A DNA stretch of 64,000 nt from assembly GCF_009914755.1 (NCBI RefSeq), contig NC_060936.1. One strand, given 5' to 3'. The translations under genes and the position numbers were made by a program. The notes beneath the pieces are model-generated. The model saw only the letters and a program-made list of their open reading frames with translations, did no database searches and was not told the origin of the DNA. This stretch comes from the human T2T-CHM13v2.0 reference genome, Homo sapiens. Positions 54,997-64,000 of this stretch are shown one piece after another; position 1 is the first letter of the stretch; every line of letters starts with the position of its first letter.

Positions 54997-55229
54997 CCAC
55001 ACAGAGGGCATCACATTCAGCTCTCCCCGGAACCACCATTTCCGTCAAGGATTGGAGACTCTGTCTGTTGGACCAATTTGATGCCTGTGCACGCTCAGGG
55101 CTCTCTGAACCCCGCTCCTTGACTCTCAGGGTCCCCTCTTGCGGAAAGCCCCTCCCGGGACCAGGAGCCAGGCTGGGCAGGGAGGTGACACCCTGCCTCT
55201 CTTTTGCATTTGCTTGGTGCTGGCTGAAG

Positions 55230-55409
55230 ATGTGCCAGGAGGAACAGACCAGCTACATGGTGGTGCAGACGAGCGAGGAGGGGCTGGCGGCTGACGCCGA
55301 GCTCCCGGGACCGCTCCTGATGCTGGCCCAGAACTGCGCAGTCATGCACAACCTGCTGGGCCCTGCCTGCATTTTCCTGCGCAAGGGCTTCGCTGAGAAC
55401 AGGCAGCCT
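55230..55409 (+). CDS. CABP1: CABP1 cassette exon specific to L-CaBP1 (60 aa, MCQEEQTSY...AENRQP)
   Basis: Acceptor ...ctgaAG|ATG and donor CCT|GTACGT. 180 nt, phase 0/0, so skipping keeps frame (S isoform). Confidence 0.93.
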
Positions 55410-55719
55410 GTACGTAAGTTGGCCCAGTGGAGCCCGCTGAACTTGGCTTCACAGGGCGTGAGGAGGTGCTGGGATGAAGAAGGGGTCTATACAGAGCTCA
55501 CACCCCCAACTTATGAATCTGATCCCCAAAGTTTTCCACTCATGGCTACAAAGTGCTGGTGAGTCCATATCCACGAGCAAAATAATGATGATGATAATAA
55601 TAATAATAATATCAGATACATTGTTTTGAGCACTTACTAGGTGAGCACTGTGCCTAGTGTGTTGGCGGATTGCCTCATTTAAGCCTCAGAGCAGCTCTAA
55701 GAGGTAGGTGCTTTTATCA

Positions 55720-56375
<656 letters not shown>

Positions 56376-57195
56376 TCTACAAGTAGCTAAATAGTTCAAA
56401 GAGAGGAGAGGACTAATGAGGATGTTATAGAGGTAAACATTTGTAGGTTGCATTTATTGAATGCCACATGCTAAACACTTTAATATCTTGTCTCACTGAA
56501 TGCACACTAAGGCCCTGTGAGGTGGGTACTGGTATTAACCCATTTTACAGATGAGGAGACTGTGGCTCAAACAGCAGAGTGACCTGCCTGAGGAAGTAGA
56601 TCTGAGCTTCATACTCAGGTCTGTCTGCCTCTAGAGTCCAAGTGCGTCTCCCCAGCCACATGTACTGGGGAGAAAGGCGTGTTCCTGCACCCCATTCCAC
56701 CTGACCCTGAGTTGCTGCACGTGATCTTCCTGGCACATTAGTGGGCATCCCTGGCTCTACTCCAGGGCAGAGAACACACATAGCTACTGCTGTGCATGGG
56801 GTGTGTGATCCAAGGACCAGCCATCAGTGCTCAGCAGACCAGCTCTGGTGGCGGGCACACTCCGTGAAGGGGCACCTGGCTTTGCTGCCCCCGGGGCTTT
56901 GGGTGTACAGGAGGAACGGAAGGGGCTGCCATGGGGTCAGCAATGCCTGTTCCTCCCGAGTCCTGCAGAACTGGGCCTTGGAGAAGTGGGAGGCTGCTTA
57001 AGGCCTGATGCGTGGGAAAGGATTTATTGGGTCTCAGTAGCTGGTCCTAGGGCGTGTGCTCTGCATGTATGTGTACACACGTGTGCTTACTCACTCGCTT
57101 TCACAGACTGCTGGTATGACCCATTGCACAAAACATCCTTTTTGGTCACCCAAAAACATCTACGAACATATGGGTTTGTGTTGGAATGGCTGTGA

Positions 57196-57471
<276 letters not shown>

Positions 57472-59014
57472 TGATCCCCTCGCCTTGGCCTCGTAAAGTG
57501 CTAGGATTACAGGCGTGGACCACCGTGCCTGGCCCATAGCGAGCTTTTTAGGTGAACGTCCATGCAGTCATCTCAGAGACACGCCTCCCTATGGGTGACT
57601 CCTACCCCCAGCCTGGCGGAGCTGGGAGCTTGCAGCCTGCTCCCTCCAAGCTCACACACACTCTCAACGCTGTCCTGCCACACAGAGCTACCTCTGAGCT
57701 CTTGGTCCTATGCACCTGGTTGTCCCATGAGATGTGACTCAGCAGCCCTTCCCTTTCTAGATGATCTGCAGATTTTCTGGTGTTGTCGTCTTTTGTCCTG
57801 GGGCCAGTTTGGAGTGGCTGTCTCTACTCATCCTGGCCCCGTTGGCTGGAACGGCCTGCATGCACAGTGGAGGTGCCACACGCTCACTGTGGCATGCCTG
57901 CGTGTCTGTGTTCGTGGGAGGTATGGCCATACCTGTGTGAGCCTCTTCAGGACGGGCACACCTGCCTGGTGTCCTCCCTGCCCAAAGGCAAAGAGCTGCA
58001 ACATGCGGGAGGCTGGACGCTGAAGGCCACTTTTGGAGTCTACTAACCAGGTCCAGCTGGGCACCTGTATCCATTTCATGCCAGTCTATCTCCCTCCTGG
58101 GCAGGCCCAGGGCAACTGGCAGCTCACCAACCTGAGCTTCCTCCAGGCCTGCTCCTTGGAGATGTCTCTGCCATCTGTTCTGACGCCTAGATTCAGGGTT
58201 GCCTTGATTGCCCAGGAGACCTGGGCACTGCTTGAGGCTGGAGACATGTGCTTTTTGGACCCTGGCTCCAGCCAGAAGCACTGGTGGCCCCCGGGGTCCT
58301 ATGTGGTGTCCTGTGATCCCGTGACAGGGGAACGTACAGGGATGGGGGTCAAATTGGAGAAGGTGGGGCAGTGCCCGCGAAGCAGTCACAGCCCCATTCT
58401 GTTGCCACGTCTCCTCCTGACTCCTCCCTGTCCTCCTACCCTCGCTTCAGGATGGCCCTGCCTTCCCTCCCCTCCTGCGCCTCTTCTGTTGTCTTGCAGC
58501 CTCTGTCGCCCTGCTCTTCCTGTTTCATTGGGTGGTGCTCTCTTTTCCCTGTTGTGACCTCCCTGGACTCTGTTTTATTTGCAGGTTTTTGCCACCAGGC
58601 AAGCTCTGTTCTCTGACTCATTCTTTTTTTGTTTTTTTTTTTTGAGACAGGGTCTCACTCTGTTGTCCAGGGTGACAGAGTGCAATGGCACCATCATAGC
58701 TCACTACAGCCTCAAACTCCTGCTGACCCATTCTTGTATCTGGAACAAGGGGCTGGAGGCACAGAGGTTCTGTGCCCAGGCTGGTGGGGCTGGTGGCTTC
58801 TTGGGCATCTCCTGTTAGGGGCCCAGGAGCTTCTATGTCTAAGGGAGATGTGGGGCTTTCTTCTCCCCTCAAGGACCTGATCCAGGCACACCTGTGCTGC
58901 ATCCTCGTCACCTCCTACCCAGTGCCTGCTGCCACGTGGATGGCCCCCAGGTTAGATATTTTGTGACTTCCAGGTCCCTTGTCGCGGCTAATAGGACATG
59001 TTCTTTTGTTTCAG

Positions 59015-59045
59015 GATAGATCACTGCGACCAGAGGAAATTGAAG
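59015..59045 (+). CDS. CABP1: CABP1 shared 31-nt exon (DRSLRPEEIE-)
   Basis: Acceptor ttcttttgtttcAG|GAT and donor AAG|GTAAAA. Frame links all three upstream exons to the EF1 exon. Confidence 0.94.
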
Positions 59046-59332
59046 GTAAAACTTGGCCCCTTGGGGGAAAGGACTGCCTAGCCCTCTAGGAAGGTGTGGG
59101 AAGGGAGGTTGATGGGAAGAGAGGCCCCTGGAAATGGGGCCTGGTGCAACGCGGGGTATCTTCTGTGAAACCAGCTGCTGAAGGTGTGCACAGGAGGCAA
59201 GAGAAATGCCCCAGCATCCTGGGAAGCTCCTGGGCCTCTCTTTCCATGCCGGTGGGCCTTTGGGCTGCCTTTGCCCACAGAGGCTCTGCGGGTCCTACCC
59301 CTGACCACATCCACCTTTGCTCACTTCCCCAG

Positions 59333-59476
59333 AGCTCCGAGAGGCCTTCAGAGAATTCGACAAGGACAAGGATGGCTACATCAACTGCCGGGATCTGGGC
59401 AACTGCATGCGCACCATGGGCTACATGCCCACCGAGATGGAGCTCATCGAACTGTCCCAGCAGATCAACATGAACC
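59333..59476 (+). CDS. CABP1: CABP1 shared exon encoding EF-hand 1 ([12 protein letters not shown]) and start of EF2
   Basis: Acceptor cttccccAG| and donor ACC|GTGAGT. 144 nt, translation [48 protein letters not shown]. Confidence 0.97.
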
Positions 59477-59867
59477 GTGAGTCCCTCTACCAGGCATCTG
59501 CGTCCCTTCGGTCCTCACCCTTGCCGTCCTCTGCAGTCAGACAGGACTGGCTTCAAATTCTGCATCCACCTCTTACCAGCTCTGTGATCTGGGGCCAACC
59601 ACTTACCCTCTCTGAGCCTCAGTTTCCTCACCTGTAAAATGAGGGCCGAATTGGAGGAGTGGAGCCCAGAAAGTAGATTAGGGAATATCTGTAAAACAGC
59701 CCAATAACTGGCTCACAGGAAGAACTGAACAGAGGGCTCTTGTTATTATTAAGTTTGTCTCTATCTGATGAGCAGGTCAAGGAGGGGTTGTCCATTCTGT
59801 CAGTTGTCTAGTTGGAGACAGGGAATGGGTATGTCGGGGATGACCTAGCCCTTTCCTCCTTTTCCAG

Positions 59868-59977
59868 TGGGTGGCCATGTAGATTTTGATGACTTCGTGG
59901 AGCTAATGGGGCCTAAACTCCTGGCAGAGACAGCAGATATGATTGGTGTAAAGGAACTGCGAGATGCTTTCCGAGAG
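59868..59977 (+). CDS. CABP1: CABP1 shared exon: rest of degenerate EF2 ([12 protein letters not shown]) and central linker
   Basis: Acceptor ctccttttccAG|TG and donor GAG|GTAACG. 110 nt, [37 protein letters not shown]. Confidence 0.97.
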
Positions 59978-60207
59978 GTAACGGACAGAGGCAGGCAGGC
60001 ATGGGGCGGCTATTGGAATCCTATCTGCAGTATAAATACTTCAAAAGAAGCCTGAGCCTCAAGTCCCAGATCAGGGGAGGGAGCTTGGACAGAGAAAGGT
60101 CTCTGGTAAAGGGGGGCAATGACACTGGAGAAGGAGCTCAACTTTGGGATCTGCTGCTGCCAATCGCCATGCTGGGGCGACCTCTCCTTCCTTCCTGCCT
60201 TCTCTAG

Positions 60208-60355
60208 TTTGACACCAATGGTGATGGGGAAATAAGCACCAGTGAGCTGCGAGAGGCTATGAGGAAGCTCCTGGGTCATCAGGTGGGACACCGAGACATA
60301 GAGGAAATTATCCGAGATGTGGACCTCAATGGGGATGGACGAGTGGACTTTGAAG
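60208..60355 (+). CDS. CABP1: CABP1 shared exon: EF3 ([12 protein letters not shown]) and EF4 ([11 protein letters not shown]-); final exon outside window
   Basis: Acceptor ccttctctAG|TTT and donor AAG|GTAGGT. 148 nt, canonical 12-residue EF loops. No terminal exon seen before 64000. Confidence 0.97.
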
Positions 60356-60399
60356 GTAGGTGGGGCTTGAAAGTGGGAGAGAAGCAAGCCAGCAGTGGC

Positions 60400-61300
60400 C
60401 ATCCATGGAGCCCTCCAATTGTGTATCCATCATGCAACCATCAATCCGCCCTAATTTTCCAACCCCCAGCCCTTTCATCCTCTTATCCCTCCGTCCATGC
60501 CCCCGTCTAATCCATCTCCCATCCCTTCCCCATGCATCTATTCATGCATCTGTCCATCCATCTATCCATCCTCTACCTTTCCATTCATCTGTCCATTTAT
60601 CCATCCATTCATCTACCTATCTATCCATCTGTCCACCATCCATCCATCCATCCATTTATCTACCCATCTATCCATCCATCCATCCTCTACCTATCCATCC
60701 ATCTGTCCATTTATCCATTCATCCATTCATCTACCTATCTATCTGTCCATCATCCATCCATCCATTTATCCATCCATCCATCCATCCATCCATTCGTCTA
60801 CATATCTATCCATCCATCCATCCATCCATCCACCTATCCATCCATCTGTCCATCCATTCATCTACCTATTCATCTATCTGTCCATCTTTCCATATCTATC
60901 TCTCCATTTTTCATCTGTTTATCTCCTTATCTGTCCAGATGCCTATTTATCCATTCCTCCATCTCTAAGCAATCATTCCTATAGCAATTTATCCATGCAT
61001 TTATCTGTCCATTCGTGCATCTATTCATTCTTCTCTACATTCACCCATGAATCTATCTATGTATTCATCTACTCATATAGATCTCTCTATGTGTTCACAC
61101 TTCTATACTTCCATTCACACATTCATGTCTCTTCGTCTGCATATACTTCTACCCATACTTGCATTGATCTATCCATCTATCTGTTCAGTCATTTCCTCAT
61201 CTATATCCATCTACTCATCCATTCACCCATCCCTGTGTCCATCTGCACCCATCCTTCTCTATCCATTTATCTGTCTACCCACGCATGCATCCATCCACGG
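60400..61300. repeat. Degenerate (TCCA/TCTA)n simple repeat in intron after the EF3/EF4 exon
   Basis: ~900 bp of CCAT/CTAT units, purest at ~60640-60860. Confidence 0.95.
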
Positions 61301-61461
61301 TAGGTGTTTTCTGAACATTACATTCCTCAACTGGACACTCAGGCTCCCTAAGATCTGACCACAGCTCACCTCCCCAGCCACAACTCAACAGTCCTTCATT
61401 CACACTCCACCAAAATACTTGTGATCAGTGAAGCTGCTAGGGTCCCTCTTGAATACACTGA

Positions 61462-62147
<686 letters not shown>

Positions 62148-62379
62148 TAGCCCAAGGGACATTCTTCATGACTCGACAGTGGGACTCCTTCTTCTAGCAC
62201 CCTTCCCTGGTTCCTCAAACTGAACTTCCTCTTTTCTGGGTTTTCACAGCACGTCAGGCTCACCTGTTCTTCACACTGTCCCCTAACTGCTGGTTAGAGT
62301 TGTCTTCCCAGTTGACTCTGAACTTTGAAAGAAGAACCCTATTTTCTTAATCACTGCATTTCTTGCATAACACAGCTAG

Positions 62380-62719
<340 letters not shown>

Positions 62720-62734
62720 TAAAGAATCAATAGT

Positions 62735-62960
62735 AATCATAATAGTTATAATTTACTGTACACTTATGTGCAGTCATTGTACTAAGTAGCTTTACACATA
62801 TTCTTACATTTAATTCTCAGAATGACTCTATGGATTGCATTATTATAACCTCATGTTACAGATGAGGAAACTGAGGCTCAGAGAAGTAATATAACTAGCT
62901 CAAGATTGCCTGCCTACTAAGAGGCAGAGCTGGGGCACAGCCCCAGGCCTGAAATCACAG
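62735..62960. mobile_element. MIR element (others at ~20570-20820, 38900-39075, 46360-46530, 52420-52640, 55600-55750, 56450-56640)
   Basis: MIR core TTACAGATGAGGAAACTGAGGCTCAGAGA(A/G)GT...(GC)CCAAG. Confidence 0.8.
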
Positions 62961-63529
62961 CAGAATGCAGTCTTGTGCATGACGCCATGTGAGGCACTAC
63001 GGGATACAGGGAAAGGGTAAAATGTTGACTCTGCACACCAGGAACTTGCATTCTGAGCAGAAAGACAAGATAAGCATGTGCCAGAGACCGTGAGTGTCCA
63101 GAACACAAAGGCTGGGAGGTTTTCTCTCAGGAGCAGTTGGCCTTCAAGGCCAGGGAGCGTGGATAGTTGGAGAGAAGGCTTTGTTATCACCAGATCTGGA
63201 AATCTCAGGTCTCCCTGTATCCAGGTAGCGCCCACCACAGATGACAGCCTTGCTCTTGAAAGCCTGGCATCCCCCATTCATCCTACGAGGATGCATTGTA
63301 CATCTGCTGTGTGCTAAGATCTGGTCTCTGCCTCGAAGAGCTCAAAACCAGCAAGAAAACCAGAGAAAACAATAGCATAATCCATGTGTGCTGGGGGAAG
63401 CACAGGGGGCTGCTATAGAGGGGGCGCCTGTGCCAAGTTGCAGGGAGGGATTAGGGAAGACTTCCTGGAGGAGGTTATAAATAATTAGAGCCCCCCAAAA
63501 TGGGAAGAGCCACCAGGTGAGAGGGAAGG

Positions 63530-63719
63530 GCAGGTATTTACCCAAATGAGTTGAAAACCTATGTCCACACAAATCTGTACATAGATGCTTATAGCAGCTT
63601 TATTCATAATTGTCCAAACTTGGAAACAACCAAGGTGTCCTTTCAGTAAGTGATGGATAAATAAACGGGGGCACATCCAGACAATGGGATATTGCTCAGT
63701 GCTAAAAAGAGATGAGCTA
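63530..63719 (+). mobile_element. L1M (L1MB-like) fragment
   Basis: GGTATTTACCCAAATGAGTTGAAAAC...ATAGCAGCTTTATTCATAATTG...TGGAAACAACCAAG...ATGGATAAA. Confidence 0.8.
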
Positions 63720-64000
63720 GGCCAGGCGCTGTGGCTCATGCCTGTAATCCCAGCACTATGGTAGGCCGAGGTGGGCAGATCACTTGATGTCAGGAGTTTG
63801 AGACCAGCCTGATCAACATGGTGAAACCCTGTCTCTATTAAAAATACAAAAAAAATTAGCTGGGTGTGGTGGCGCACACCTGTAATCCCAGCACTTGGGA
63901 GGCTGAGACACAGAATCGCTTGAACCCGGGAGGCGGAGGTTGTAGTGAGCTGAGATGGTACTGCTGCACTCCAGCCTGGGCAACAGAGCAAGACTCTGTC

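Noticed and set aside
57562-58557. Cluster of 150-210 aa ORFs in unique intronic DNA
   Set aside because: No homology recognised, no consistent splice or start signals, and overlapping on both strands.
59360-59900. Atypical EF1 (Asp at loop position 12) and EF2 (Gly-substituted loop)
   Set aside because: Established properties of CaBP1 (Mg2+-preferring EF1, non-binding EF2), not a new lesion.
60360-61358. His/Pro/Ser/Ile-rich ORFs of 103-268 aa
   Set aside because: Translations of the (TCCA)n simple repeat, which lacks stops on this strand.

Overview
Primate (almost certainly human) Alu-rich genomic DNA. The right ~25 kb holds most of CABP1 (calcium-binding protein 1 / caldendrin) on the + strand. 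It has a CpG-island first exon for the long caldendrin isoform (CDS 39841-40494), an alternative first coding exon for L/S-CaBP1 (49793-49837, MGNCVK...) and the L-specific 60-aa exon (55230-55409). Four shared EF-hand exons follow (59015-60355), and the last exon lies beyond the window. The left ~39 kb is intergenic. It contains a near full-length decayed HERV-L provirus (6144-13505: two MLT2A-type LTRs, gag/pro/RT/RNaseH/IN/dUTPase, no env), a THE1-type solo LTR, L1/L2/MIR fragments and dozens of Alus. I see no wholly new gene system. The most interesting signals: (1) both alternative first exons carry a short uORF whose stop codon touches a main start codon; (2) a 134-bp perfectly identical tract inside two otherwise diverged LTRs; (3) an orphan NRF1/YY1/AP-1/E-box/GC-box motif cluster at ~25.1 kb; (4) a microsatellite-containing in-frame 5' extension of the L-exon; (5) clustered antisense splice donors suggesting a divergent transcript; (6) a ~600-bp inversion inside an L1 and an old tandem duplication. 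Repeat subfamily names are from recognition by eye, and most repeat boundaries are approximate.
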